DNA of 64,000 bases from a virus (IMGVR_UViG_3300032053_000042:12124-76123), one strand, 5' to 3'; shown: positions 47,017-57,058, counted from the first letter of the stretch. Numbers and translations: made by a program. Notes: generated from the sequence alone by a model not told the origin.

Positions 47017-49656
47017 ATGAGTTTGAAGGTCTTTATGCATCCTGAGCCAGATACGAAGCCTGAGGCCATAGGTAACGGAATACAAATGGTCGTCCAGGCG
47101 ATGTATAAGCATTTACCTACTATGGACATTGAGCTGGTGTCGTCACTAGACCATGCCGACCTTTTCGCGTCACACGTAGACTCGCCCTTTAGAGTGCCAG
47201 ACGTACTACACACACATGGACTCTATCCCACAGGTGAGATGGAGATGGGCGGGTGGGCTTTTGAAGTTAATGCCAGGGTTATCACGAACGCTAGACAGGC
47301 TCTGGCCGTAACGGCGCCTTCAACGTTCGTGGCGGATATTTTTGCTCGTAATCTAGGCTTTAGACCAAAGGTAATAGGTCACGGAATCGAGCCAGGCGAA
47401 TGGCCTGAGCCTTCTCGACGTAACGAGCTGACAGTTCTATTCAATAAGAACCGCGCAGGGGACGTATGCTCAGCTGAACCTGTTGAGCGTCTAGCACAGC
47501 TACGCCCGAACGTAAAGTTCATGTCGACGTTCGGTACTAAGCGTCGTAACCTTGAAATCACAGGTGCAATGCCACATCCTGCAATGAAAGAGTTGTTATA
47601 CAAGTGCGGGATATATTATGCGCCAACCAAGGAGACCTACGGTATCGGCATTCTAGAGGCCATGGCTGCGGGAATGCCTGTACTAACGTGGGACTGGGGC
47701 AACAATCCTGAGTTAGTACGACATATGGTCGATGGATACATCGTCGAGCCCTACGACTATACTGGTACCGCTAAAGGCCTTGACTGGTGTATTGAGCACT
47801 TCAGCGAGCTTACGGGGCATGCTCGAGTACAAGCCTTAACACACTCTTGGGAGGGACCGATAGCTTCATACGCTGCCCTTTATCGACAAGCGTATGCTCG
47901 CAAGCTTGCTAAGGGCCCGTTAGTATCAGTTGTGATTCCTTGTTACAATTATGGTAAGTACGTAGCCGAAGCCATACAGTCCGTGAAAGATCAGACCCTT
48001 ACAGATTGGGAGTGCATCGTAGTAGACGATGGCTCAACTGACGACTCTTTTGAAGTAGCCAAGAAGGCCACGCAGGACGATCCTAGGTTCACAGTAATAA
48101 CGCAGTTGAATGCAAAGGTAGCAAATACACGCAATCGTGGGGCCACTCGTGCTCAAGGTAAGTACCTGTGCTTCCTGGACGCCGACGACTATATGCTACC
48201 AAGGTGCTTAGAGATCCTAACAGCCGCCTTACTTAAGGACCGAACCGCTGGTATTGCCTATGGTAGGCTCAAGGAGCTCACAGATAAGGGACTAGAGGCT
48301 GGCGTCTCAAGCTGGCCTAACGACTTTAACATGACGCAGCAGCTCGCTCAACGGAATCAAGTACCGTCGTGCTGCTTGATTGAGACTAGAGCGTTCTTTC
48401 GAGCTGGTGGCTTTCGTTCTCACACTATACCAGCAGAGGATGCCGAGCTGTGGACTAGAATTCCTCTTCTAGGCTTTAACGTGATCAAGGCTACTGACGA
48501 GGCTACGTATGTTTATCGAAAGCATGGTACAAACGCTACACTAGTTCATCCAGGGATGCCTCCATGGACGGCTTGGCTTCCTGCAGCTCATAAGGGAGTT
48601 CAGCCTATTGCTAGTGTGGCTCCAGCTGCGAAGCAATCGCACCCCGTGTTCAACTACGACAGACCTTTAGTAAGCTTCGTCACACCTGTGGGACCTGGAC
48701 ACGAGGCTCTTGTAGGTGATGCAATTGAGTCGGTTTGCGCACAGATAGACCCTAGGTGGGAGCATATCATTATCGACGACACAGAGGGAGGTAGTCTACA
48801 GGAGTATGGCGTTATTCCATATGCTATGAGATATCCTCACCTTAAGTGGCTACGTAGTTCAAAGCTTCACAATGTTAGTGCGGCACGTAACGCTGGTGCT
48901 AGGATGGCTAGAGGTAGGTTCCTGTGCTTCCTAGACGCTGACGACATGTTATTCAAGGAGTTCGTACGCGATACTCTACCAATGACTATGGAGCGAGCTA
49001 AGCCTCTAGTTTACACCGACTGGATTGAGCTTCCTGAGGGTACAGTACACCAGGCGGAGAACTGGGATCCAAAGGCGCTTCAGCAACGATCTATAATGGC
49101 TGTAACCTTTCTGCACGAGAAGAGCGCCTTTACGCTCGTAGGTGGGTTCGACGAGTCCTTGGACATGTGGGAGGACTGGGATTACACAGTACGGCTTTCC
49201 TTCCTAGGCTATCAAGGTATACACGTACCCAAGCCTTTGTTCAGCTATAGCTACAATACTGGGAAGAGGCGAGAGGAAAGTCTGGAGAAGGCCAAGCAAG
49301 TAGTTAAGAGCGACGCTCGAACACCTGTGGAGACTCAGGTACCAGCACAAGTTATAGCACCACCGCCTGTGGAGGATCCTCGATTCGCTATACATAAGGC
49401 GATACGACCACCTGCGGTTCCTCGGGCACAGGTGCAAGAGAACATGACGATTATCCAGCCTAGGTTGACTCGGCCTGGGCAAGCTAATAACGTAGGAGTA
49501 CGGTATATTGGAACAGTAGCAGACACTAGGCTCTATCGAGCTCCGAGTGGGAGGAGATATCGATTCGGTTCCGGTGTACACCAGGTACAGATGGTAATGG
49601 CCGAGGATGTTGCGCATTTTAAGGCTATGTCTGGCCTATTCGAACTTGTATCATAG
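47017..49656 (+). CDS. multidomain glycosyltransferase GT4-GT2-GT2 with small C-terminal domain
   Basis: ETYGIGILEAMAAG (GT4); VSVVIPCYN/DDGS/FLDADD; second VSFVTP/FLDADD/EDWD; Pro-rich linker and ~55-aa tail domain. Confidence 0.9.
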   Translation: MSLKVFMHPEPDTKPEAIGNGIQMVVQAMYKHLPTMDIELVSSLDHADLFASHVDSPFRVPDVLHTHGLYPTGEMEMGGWAFEVNARVITNARQALAVTAPSTFVADIFARNLGFRPKVIGHGIEPGEWPEPSRRNELTVLFNKNRAGDVCSAEPVERLAQLRPNVKFMSTFGTKRRNLEITGAMPHPAMKELLYKCGIYYAPTKETYGIGILEAMAAGMPVLTWDWGNNPELVRHMVDGYIVEPYDYTGTAKGLDWCIEHFSELTGHARVQALTHSWEGPIASYAALYRQAYARKLAKGPLVSVVIPCYNYGKYVAEAIQSVKDQTLTDWECIVVDDGSTDDSFEVAKKATQDDPRFTVITQLNAKVANTRNRGATRAQGKYLCFLDADDYMLPRCLEILTAALLKDRTAGIAYGRLKELTDKGLEAGVSSWPNDFNMTQQLAQRNQVPSCCLIETRAFFRAGGFRSHTIPAEDAELWTRIPLLGFNVIKATDEATYVYRKHGTNATLVHPGMPPWTAWLPAAHKGVQPIASVAPAAKQSHPVFNYDRPLVSFVTPVGPGHEALVGDAIESVCAQIDPRWEHIIIDDTEGGSLQEYGVIPYAMRYPHLKWLRSSKLHNVSAARNAGARMARGRFLCFLDADDMLFKEFVRDTLPMTMERAKPLVYTDWIELPEGTVHQAENWDPKALQQRSIMAVTFLHEKSAFTLVGGFDESLDMWEDWDYTVRLSFLGYQGIHVPKPLFSYSYNTGKRREESLEKAKQVVKSDARTPVETQVPAQVIAPPPVEDPRFAIHKAIRPPAVPRAQVQENMTIIQPRLTRPGQANNVGVRYIGTVADTRLYRAPSGRRYRFGSGVHQVQMVMAEDVAHFKAMSGLFELVS

Positions 49657-49665
49657 GAGGGCGCT

Positions 49666-49938
49666 ATGCCGTGTCGCAATTGCCGTCAGAAGGCACAAGC
49701 TAAGTTCTATGCAGGAGTGAAAATCAAACGGCTCGTCAACGAGCCTAACACGGATCCCGCTTCCGAGGATGAGTTCGTTGTGGAGTTTCTTGGATCTGGA
49801 ACCAACGAAGTGAAGTACCGTGGACCAACTGGTAAAGCATATCGCTTTGCTGCTGGTTCGAGCGCTGTGCAGAAGATATGTGAGACCGATGCGCTCTTCT
49901 TTAATCAGCTGTCCATGTTTAGGGTGCATGCGGCATAA
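49666..49938 (+). CDS. small putative head-associated protein (homologous to the GT C-terminal domain)
   Basis: GGAGG RBS; YRGPTGKAYRF matches YRAPSGRRYRF in the upstream GT. Confidence 0.6.
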   Translation: MPCRNCRQKAQAKFYAGVKIKRLVNEPNTDPASEDEFVVEFLGSGTNEVKYRGPTGKAYRFAAGSSAVQKICETDALFFNQLSMFRVHAA

Positions 49939-49950
49939 CAGGAGTTCGAA

Positions 49951-51135
49951 ATGGGAATCGCAAGCACTGAAACTCTGTTGAGTCTGGACCAGTACGCGGA
50001 AATAATGGGCATCCCGCCCTCACATTTTAACCAAGCTGTCTGCGTCGATTATCCTGATGTCGACAGCTGCCATAGCATATGGTACCAGTATAGTTGGATG
50101 AGCCCGGGCAAAGCTTCAAGGGAGGAGCTAGCTCGAGCAATTGCACAGGCTGAGACCATGATTGCTCAGCTAATGGGTGTGTGGCCTGCACCTAAGTGGC
50201 TTACAGAGGACACGCAGCCCTATCCACGGCAGCGAATGCACCAGAATAGCTTCGTAGAGTACTATCCTGCAATGTCCACAGGGCGACGTAAGACTGTTGG
50301 AACACGATGGACTCATTTCATCGCAGGCGGACGTCGAGCAGTGGCTTCTATCGCAGCAGGTGTGACTGTAACTTATCCAGCTGCACCACATCTAGGTAGC
50401 GGTACGGCCTCGATATCAGTCGCTTATGTAGGTACTGCAACGGCTAACGAGATTGCAGTCTTTTCCTCTACGAACACGTCGCCTAATAAGCAGATCAGGC
50501 ATCTTGAGGTCACTATAGCTAGTGGAGTACTTACGATTCGTGGACGATCAGCACAGTTTCTCTTGCCAACTCTGTGGGAGGATGAAGCTCTTATCGACGG
50601 TGACGACCTTACACAGTACCTAACGACCGTGAACATCTATAGGGTGTACAACAGTGCAATCGATAACGCTGAAGCTCCTGTCGAGTTTGGCTGGCAAGCA
50701 GCCGACGCCATCGACTTACTCAAGGGCTATGGTACCTTGCAGGTCTGGGATGCTCGAGTAGGTATCGTATCACCTATACCTGCAGTGTGGAACGCTACTA
50801 CGCTCGAGTGGGATGCAAAAGTGTTCTGTCCTGGAGATGAGCCGCATACAATGCAGCTGTTTTACAAAGCTGGTTGGACTCTTGATCCTCAAGGCCGAAT
50901 GTCGGAGCCTGTGGCGCGAGCAGTTGCAGCGTTAGCCACAGCACTCTTATCGGCTCCGGTGTGCGGATGTAGTCAGGCCGAGAAAATGTCCATATGGTGG
51001 CAAAGTTATCCCAGTAAGGACGAGCCGACGAGTTATCGGCAGATAGAGTGTCCGTGGGGTGCCCGACGTGGTGCTTACGAGGCTTATAGAGTACTAAGCA
51101 CGTTTTGGGGAAGTGCGGGAAGTATTGGTCTTTAG
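49951..51135 (+). CDS. head-tail connector/adaptor
   Basis: AIAQAETMI, YKAGW...ARAVAALA adaptor-like pattern; position. Confidence 0.6.
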   Translation: MGIASTETLLSLDQYAEIMGIPPSHFNQAVCVDYPDVDSCHSIWYQYSWMSPGKASREELARAIAQAETMIAQLMGVWPAPKWLTEDTQPYPRQRMHQNSFVEYYPAMSTGRRKTVGTRWTHFIAGGRRAVASIAAGVTVTYPAAPHLGSGTASISVAYVGTATANEIAVFSSTNTSPNKQIRHLEVTIASGVLTIRGRSAQFLLPTLWEDEALIDGDDLTQYLTTVNIYRVYNSAIDNAEAPVEFGWQAADAIDLLKGYGTLQVWDARVGIVSPIPAVWNATTLEWDAKVFCPGDEPHTMQLFYKAGWTLDPQGRMSEPVARAVAALATALLSAPVCGCSQAEKMSIWWQSYPSKDEPTSYRQIECPWGARRGAYEAYRVLSTFWGSAGSIGL

Positions 51136-51170
51136 TTAAGTTGGTTCTTAGTTAAGAAGGAGCAATTGAA

Positions 51171-52649
51171 ATGGATCAACAGACGGGCTTCGGGCGCGTT
51201 TTTATACAGGAAAACGGCGCAAATCCAGGTAACCCCTATTCCTATCAAGGATGCGGGAAGCTTGGAGGCTTTACTGAACCTCAGGGAGGGATCACAGCAA
51301 TTAAATGTCCTTCCGCAAGTCAGTACGATGAGTTTGAAGTTGTAGGCAGTGTAAGAGGCGAAGCGGGTCTACCTACCACCTCGCTGATTATTCGCCTTCA
51401 ACCTCGACTCCGCATGTTACGTATGAAGTGTGCATTTGACATTCAGGCCCACTACGGCGAATGCACCAGTCCATCAGATTTCCACAAGTGGACTCAGATC
51501 GTCGCTTTTGAGCAAGCACGATTTACTCAGAAGAGTAGTGGCGAGCTGACAGCTATGGAAGAGACGGAACGCGCCACTGTCCTAGTCACAGGGGACATCA
51601 CGGCCCAGAGGATCTGGTACGTCGAAACCATGACTCTGGCCGAGGTTGCACCGACAGAAGTAACCGACGAGGTCGTTGGTGTAGCCATGGATCCCCGTGT
51701 GATGTGCGGCACCTGTGGTGTTCCATCCGATGGGACACAACGGATGTTCGCAGTTGTGAAATCTCCGACAGCGACGTCCCCGGGTCTACCAGCAGAACTA
51801 CTGGTATCTGAGGACGGCGGAGGTACTTGGACTCAGTACGTTATCAATACGCTTGGTCCTAGCGATGACCCATCGGGTATCGCGATCGTGGGTAACAACG
51901 TGGTGATCGTCTCGAACGACACAGGTAGTCTCCACTACGCCGATATGGATGATCTATCGACCTGGACTGAAGTGACCGTAGGATTCGACGTCCTAGGGCC
52001 TCCGAATGCAATTTTCGCCTTGAATACCACGGCAGTGTGGATCGTAGGCGACAGCGGCTTTGTCTACTTCACCGAAGACATTACGTCAGGTGTGACAGTG
52101 CAAAGCACTGGTGGTGCGGCTGGTAATCAGGACTTATACGATGTACACGCAATGAGTGTGAACGTGGTCATTGCCTGTGGCGCCGCTAGTACGGTGATCT
52201 ATTCAACCAATGGTGGAACTACTTGGGCCGCTGTTGGTGGAACCGGCTTACCGGTGGCTGTATCCTTTAGAGCTTGCTGGGCCCGCACGACTGTCTGCTG
52301 GCTAGTAGGTGGTGCTAATGGACGCCTCTACTATACTAAGGACGCTGGACTGACGTGGACTGAGAGTAGCTTCCCAGGAAGCGGTGCAGGAGCGGTATAC
52401 GACATCGTGTTCTGCTTGCATCCTTCAAGCCCATTTGGATTTATGGCTCATACACCGGTTGCAGGACGAGGTAGGATCTTGCGCACTTTGGACGGTGGTA
52501 ATACTTGGCACCTGCTTCCTGATGGTGGCGGTCTTACTCCCGACAACGATCGTATCGTGTGCCTGGCAGCGTGTGGAGATCCTAACATAGTCTTAGCCGG
52601 AGGCCTTGGCGCTAACGGTGTGGACGGGATTCTCATAGTCGGGTCCTGA
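51171..52649 (+). CDS. major tail tube protein with C-terminal beta-propeller (BNR/YCF48-like)
   Basis: upstream of chaperone and TMP; Asp-boxes SEDGGGTW, STNGGTTW, TKDAGLTW, TLDGGNTW. Confidence 0.65.
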   Translation: MDQQTGFGRVFIQENGANPGNPYSYQGCGKLGGFTEPQGGITAIKCPSASQYDEFEVVGSVRGEAGLPTTSLIIRLQPRLRMLRMKCAFDIQAHYGECTSPSDFHKWTQIVAFEQARFTQKSSGELTAMEETERATVLVTGDITAQRIWYVETMTLAEVAPTEVTDEVVGVAMDPRVMCGTCGVPSDGTQRMFAVVKSPTATSPGLPAELLVSEDGGGTWTQYVINTLGPSDDPSGIAIVGNNVVIVSNDTGSLHYADMDDLSTWTEVTVGFDVLGPPNAIFALNTTAVWIVGDSGFVYFTEDITSGVTVQSTGGAAGNQDLYDVHAMSVNVVIACGAASTVIYSTNGGTTWAAVGGTGLPVAVSFRACWARTTVCWLVGGANGRLYYTKDAGLTWTESSFPGSGAGAVYDIVFCLHPSSPFGFMAHTPVAGRGRILRTLDGGNTWHLLPDGGGLTPDNDRIVCLAACGDPNIVLAGGLGANGVDGILIVGS

Positions 52650-52768
52650 CCTGAAATTGAATAGGAGATCGTGAAGCGTTGATTTAACATACTAGGTAGC
52701 CTGGTCGGTCCAGAATGAGCCCTCCTCCGACTGGGCTACCTAAACCTACTGGAAGGAAGGAGAAGGGC

Positions 52769-53317
52769 ATGACAGACAATATCGATTCGATGGTAGAGAA
52801 GGTCCTTAGTGAGACCTCTGGTCCTGAGGAAGATTTCCGGATATTGCATCTAAGTAATGGAGCCACCGTCAAGCTGACTCCCCCACCTACGATGGCCATT
52901 CAGTCATTTAGACAAGCGCATACCAAGCCACGGCCGCCTATGGTTACAATTACACAGGATGGCCGAACTTGGGATGAAGCAAATCCAAATGACCCGTCGT
53001 ACAAAGAGTCCGTAGACGACTACAATCTCGAGTCAGGCGAGGCTATGATTCGACTAATGTTATGGTCGTCTTGTGAAATCCAGCAACTACCTCGAGGAGT
53101 TAAGCTCTACGAAGAGGACCTTGACTGGGCTGATGAGATCTCGGAGCTTTTGGGAGTCGAAGTACCAACTAGTCCTAGACTACGTAAGGTCGCCTGGTTA
53201 CGCTATCGAATCTTTGCAGCTCCTAAAGATTTCGAGAAGATGCAAGACGTCTTAGCTCAGCTATCGGGTACGCCGGAGGAGGCTATTAAGGCAGCCCAGG
53301 CTACCTTTCGCCGCTGA
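52769..53317 (+). CDS. tail assembly chaperone (G)
   Basis: position between tail tube and TMP; AAGGAG RBS. Confidence 0.75.
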   Translation: MTDNIDSMVEKVLSETSGPEEDFRILHLSNGATVKLTPPPTMAIQSFRQAHTKPRPPMVTITQDGRTWDEANPNDPSYKESVDDYNLESGEAMIRLMLWSSCEIQQLPRGVKLYEEDLDWADEISELLGVEVPTSPRLRKVAWLRYRIFAAPKDFEKMQDVLAQLSGTPEEAIKAAQATFRR

Positions 53318-53543
53318 GCTAGACGAGATACCTGTTCGTGAGTGGATTGGGACTTCTGGAGGGTTATCCTACAGCTCGGACTTTGAGGCGAGAGAGGCTG
53401 CTAGGTTCGTGGGTAGACCGTACGCTCATGCCGATGTAGCTTTTGTAGACCTTCCCTTAGTCGAGCGTGCAAGTATCATAGCACACTATAGAACTCATAA
53501 CGACATTGAGTCGGCTGTGGTTAAGAGGGCGGAGAAAAAGTAG
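53307..53543 (+). CDS. tail assembly chaperone extension (T), reached by a probable +1 frameshift
   Basis: 78-codon open +1 frame with no ATG, entered at ACC TTT CGC, ending just before the TMP start. Confidence 0.7.
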   Translation, partial: FAAELDEIPVREWIGTSGGLSYSSDFEAREAARFVGRPYAHADVAFVDLPLVERASIIAHYRTHNDIESAVVKRAEKK

Positions 53544-53549
53544 GCAGCG

Positions 53550-56500
53550 ATGGCTAAGCAATTCATGCAGATTGGCGTCGATCTTAGCGTACGTAACTTT
53601 GCGCAGGCTCAGTCACAGTTCAGTCGAGCTGAGAGCATGGTTAAGGCGCTAGGTGACACCACAGGCACTATAGCCACTGAGTCCCAGCGAATGACTCGTG
53701 CTCTAGGTGCTGCAGGTATCGCCTTGGGCATCGTTGGGGCGGCTGCTCTTGGGGCCGTAATACCTATGGACCAGCTAGCAGACACGCTGGAGCGCACCAC
53801 GTTTATGGGTAATCGCGTTGCTGCCTCCATGGGTATAACTACTGATGCTATGGCGATTGAACGAGAGGAGCTTAATAAGCTAGATGTCGCTCGAGGCATT
53901 AGCTATGGCGTCATGAACAGCATGATCCTTCAGGGCGTCGACTACGCTAGAGCTAGTGATCTAGTCACAACTGCTATGGACCTAGCCGCGTTCAGTGGTA
54001 TAAAAGTCACACAGGTCATCAACGATCTTACTACAGCTGTAGACAACGCGAGTACAAGAACGCTGCGACAGTACAGAATTACAGCCAGTGCTGAAGTAGT
54101 CTTTGCATCCTATGCACGCGCTCATGGACTAGTAGCAACCGCACTAACTGAGGTTGAAAAGCGCCAGGCCGTCTTAAACTACATCCTAACAGTTGGTACG
54201 AGAGTTGCTGGAGACTACAACGCTTCTCTACGGACCTCGGATGGCATTACAATGCGTCTAGGTCTACGGTTGCAGCGTCTAGGCGAAATTATAGGTGCGA
54301 GCGTTAGCCCGATTATCGATAGCGTCATTAAGGCGCTTACTAAGCTCGTAGAGACCTTTATAGCTCTACCTCCAGCTATTCAGGATACCATAGGAAAGAT
54401 GCTTCTCCTCGTAGGCGTGATTGGCGTGGTATCTATGGCTTTTACGTTCATGCTACCTGCTCTGAAAGTTGTTATAACCGCTTTTGGTGCTCTACCCGCT
54501 CTAATATCTAATACAACTGTAGCTATGGCGGCGGCTACAACTGCTGGTGCGAAGTGGGGCGTCTTTATAGCCGGTATGGGTACTCAGCTAGCCAGGCTAA
54601 AAGCATTGCTTATAGCTGTTGGTCCTTGGATAATAGCTATTGGTTCAGTTGTCCTTGGAGTCGCTGCAATTGTTAGCATGTATACTACCTCCGCTAAAGC
54701 AACCGACGCGTTCAACGCTGCCTTGGATAGGTCTGACAAGCTTACTAAGACTTTCACAAAGGATCTAGGAGCTGCGGCGGACGCTGCAGAGACCGATCTA
54801 AAGCGCGCCTTGGAGGGAGTAACCGACGCTCTGTTCGAGCTCGACAACCAGTTGCACGCTCTAGATGCAGCCCTGTGGCCCTTCGAGGACGCTCTGACCC
54901 GAATTAAGGCACAGTCAGACCTTATCATTATTCCCCTTGAGCGTCAACAACGAGTTCTTGAGCGTCAGCTTGATGCGGTCAACAAGATGGCGGATGCTCT
55001 AGATAGGGCCTTGCAGCCTTATGAGGACGCTCTTACTCGGGTGGAAGCTAAAGCAAATCTTATTACTATTCCCCTTCTTCGTCAGCAGCGAATCCTTCAG
55101 CAGCTGGTCGACACAATAACTAGACAGCTTAGCGAGCTGGATAAAGCCCTGTGGCCCTTCGAAGACGAGCTTACTCGAGTTCGGGCAGCAGCGGATCTCA
55201 TTACTATTCCTCTGCAGCGACAGGAGCGAATTCTTCAGCGGCAGGTTGACGCGATTAGAAGGGTGGAAGAGGCTGAGCAGCGACGAGCTGAAGCTGCTAT
55301 TAAGGCTCTACAAGACCAAGCAGACCTTATGCAGCTGATCATCGACGCCGACAGGGAGCGGCTCGAAGTTATTGATCATGAGATCTTCATGGAGAAGATA
55401 CGTAACCAGATTTTGGGTCGAGTTGCCTCAGCTAAACTTATTACAATGAAGTCCTCGTCGAGAGTCCTTACGGATCAAGTCGATCAAGAGGAGTTAGCTC
55501 TTAAGAAGACCCAGGACCTCGTGACAGCTGAACAAAAGCGCTGGGACGAGCGGCAAGCGGCACTTGAGGCTCAGCAGCAAGTTATTCAAGATCAAATCGA
55601 CCAGCTACGAGAGATGATACAGCTAGAGCTCGATAAGGTCACTTATGCACAAGAAGAACTAACTCTACGACAAGCCATACAAGTAGAAGCTCGGCTAGCT
55701 CTTCTTGAACAACAGCGACTCCTTCAGTACCAGATAGATCAGCTACAGGTAATAATACAGCTGGAAGCCGATAAGGTCACCTACGCCCAAGAGGAGCTAG
55801 CTCTACAACAAGCGATGCAGGTGGAGGCTCGACTAGCTGTCCTTGCTCAACAGCAGCTTCTTCAAGACCAGATCGACCGGTTAAAAGAGACGATCCAGCT
55901 GCAGAAAGATAAGATAACTTACGTAGAAGAGGAGCTGGCGCTACGACAGGCCGCACAGGTCGAGGAGCGACTAGCTATCCTGGCACAGCGACGTTACTGG
56001 GAAGAAGAGCAGCGACAGCTCAAGCACGCTCTTGAGCTCGTTGAGCGAGTTAAGGCAGCTGCAGCCGAGACTGCGGCTATAGCAGCCGAGATTACACCGG
56101 CGCTCGAGCTACCCGAGCCACCCATTAGCGAGGCTGGTACAATTAAGCTACCCTGGTACGCGGAAACCCTAGCTCAAATCGTAAGCTGGACGAAGTTTGC
56201 CATATATGATATCAAGCAGCTCTTTCAGGGCAAAGGGCTTATCAAGGACTGGCTTGTACAGGCTAGTCAGGATATCATTGACTGGGTAGTGACGAGCTCG
56301 CAGGACATCCGAAACTGGGGCTACAAGGTCCACGTTCTCATTAGCGACGCGACGTGGAAGGTCATTGACGCCATCAAGAACTGGACTACGCAGGCTGGCA
56401 CAGATATCAAGAACTGGGTTACTCAAGCTGGCATAGATATTAAGAACTGGGGTATCCAGGCTGGTATCGACATCAAGAACTGGACTGTGCAGGCAGGTAA

Positions 56501-57050
56501 GGATATTGCTAGCTGGGCTACTACAGCCGCGGCAGACATCAGTAACTTCTGTAGCGTCGTTCTTACTACCCTCACCACCTGGATCTCCGAGACCGCTACT
56601 ACAGTGTGGAACGATGCTAAGAGTATTGGATCGAGCATAATCAACGGGATTCGTAAGGGTATTGAGGACGCTTGGACTGCTATCACAATTGGAGTAGGAA
56701 AACTACCAGGGTTACTTATCGACAAGATTAAGAAAGCCATTGGCTGGGGATCCCCTGCAAGGAAGTTCGTCCCAATTGGCGCTTCGATAGCTGATGGAAT
56801 TGCTCTAGGGTTCCAGAACAGGCTGCTAGCGTGGACGCGTAAGATGGGTCCGCAGATGCAAATGGTAGTGTCAGGATTTGATCGACAAGTAAATGCTACT
56901 ATACCTGTGGGAGGCTCGAACGTCTACAACTACTATGGTAACACCGACTCGGGGCCACGTATTAACGTTGAGGCACAGTACTCTAGGCCGCAATCCACAG
57001 CAACTATTAGAGACGACATCGGCCTCTTAATGGCTGTAACGCGTCCGTAG
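53550..57050 (+). CDS. tape measure protein
   Basis: 1166 aa, helical, hydrophobic segment, 46-aa and 11-aa (IKNW) repeats. Confidence 0.9.
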   Translation: MAKQFMQIGVDLSVRNFAQAQSQFSRAESMVKALGDTTGTIATESQRMTRALGAAGIALGIVGAAALGAVIPMDQLADTLERTTFMGNRVAASMGITTDAMAIEREELNKLDVARGISYGVMNSMILQGVDYARASDLVTTAMDLAAFSGIKVTQVINDLTTAVDNASTRTLRQYRITASAEVVFASYARAHGLVATALTEVEKRQAVLNYILTVGTRVAGDYNASLRTSDGITMRLGLRLQRLGEIIGASVSPIIDSVIKALTKLVETFIALPPAIQDTIGKMLLLVGVIGVVSMAFTFMLPALKVVITAFGALPALISNTTVAMAAATTAGAKWGVFIAGMGTQLARLKALLIAVGPWIIAIGSVVLGVAAIVSMYTTSAKATDAFNAALDRSDKLTKTFTKDLGAAADAAETDLKRALEGVTDALFELDNQLHALDAALWPFEDALTRIKAQSDLIIIPLERQQRVLERQLDAVNKMADALDRALQPYEDALTRVEAKANLITIPLLRQQRILQQLVDTITRQLSELDKALWPFEDELTRVRAAADLITIPLQRQERILQRQVDAIRRVEEAEQRRAEAAIKALQDQADLMQLIIDADRERLEVIDHEIFMEKIRNQILGRVASAKLITMKSSSRVLTDQVDQEELALKKTQDLVTAEQKRWDERQAALEAQQQVIQDQIDQLREMIQLELDKVTYAQEELTLRQAIQVEARLALLEQQRLLQYQIDQLQVIIQLEADKVTYAQEELALQQAMQVEARLAVLAQQQLLQDQIDRLKETIQLQKDKITYVEEELALRQAAQVEERLAILAQRRYWEEEQRQLKHALELVERVKAAAAETAAIAAEITPALELPEPPISEAGTIKLPWYAETLAQIVSWTKFAIYDIKQLFQGKGLIKDWLVQASQDIIDWVVTSSQDIRNWGYKVHVLISDATWKVIDAIKNWTTQAGTDIKNWVTQAGIDIKNWGIQAGIDIKNWTVQAGKDIASWATTAAADISNFCSVVLTTLTTWISETATTVWNDAKSIGSSIINGIRKGIEDAWTAITIGVGKLPGLLIDKIKKAIGWGSPARKFVPIGASIADGIALGFQNRLLAWTRKMGPQMQMVVSGFDRQVNATIPVGGSNVYNYYGNTDSGPRINVEAQYSRPQSTATIRDDIGLLMAVTRP

Positions 57051-57058
57051 GAGGCAAG

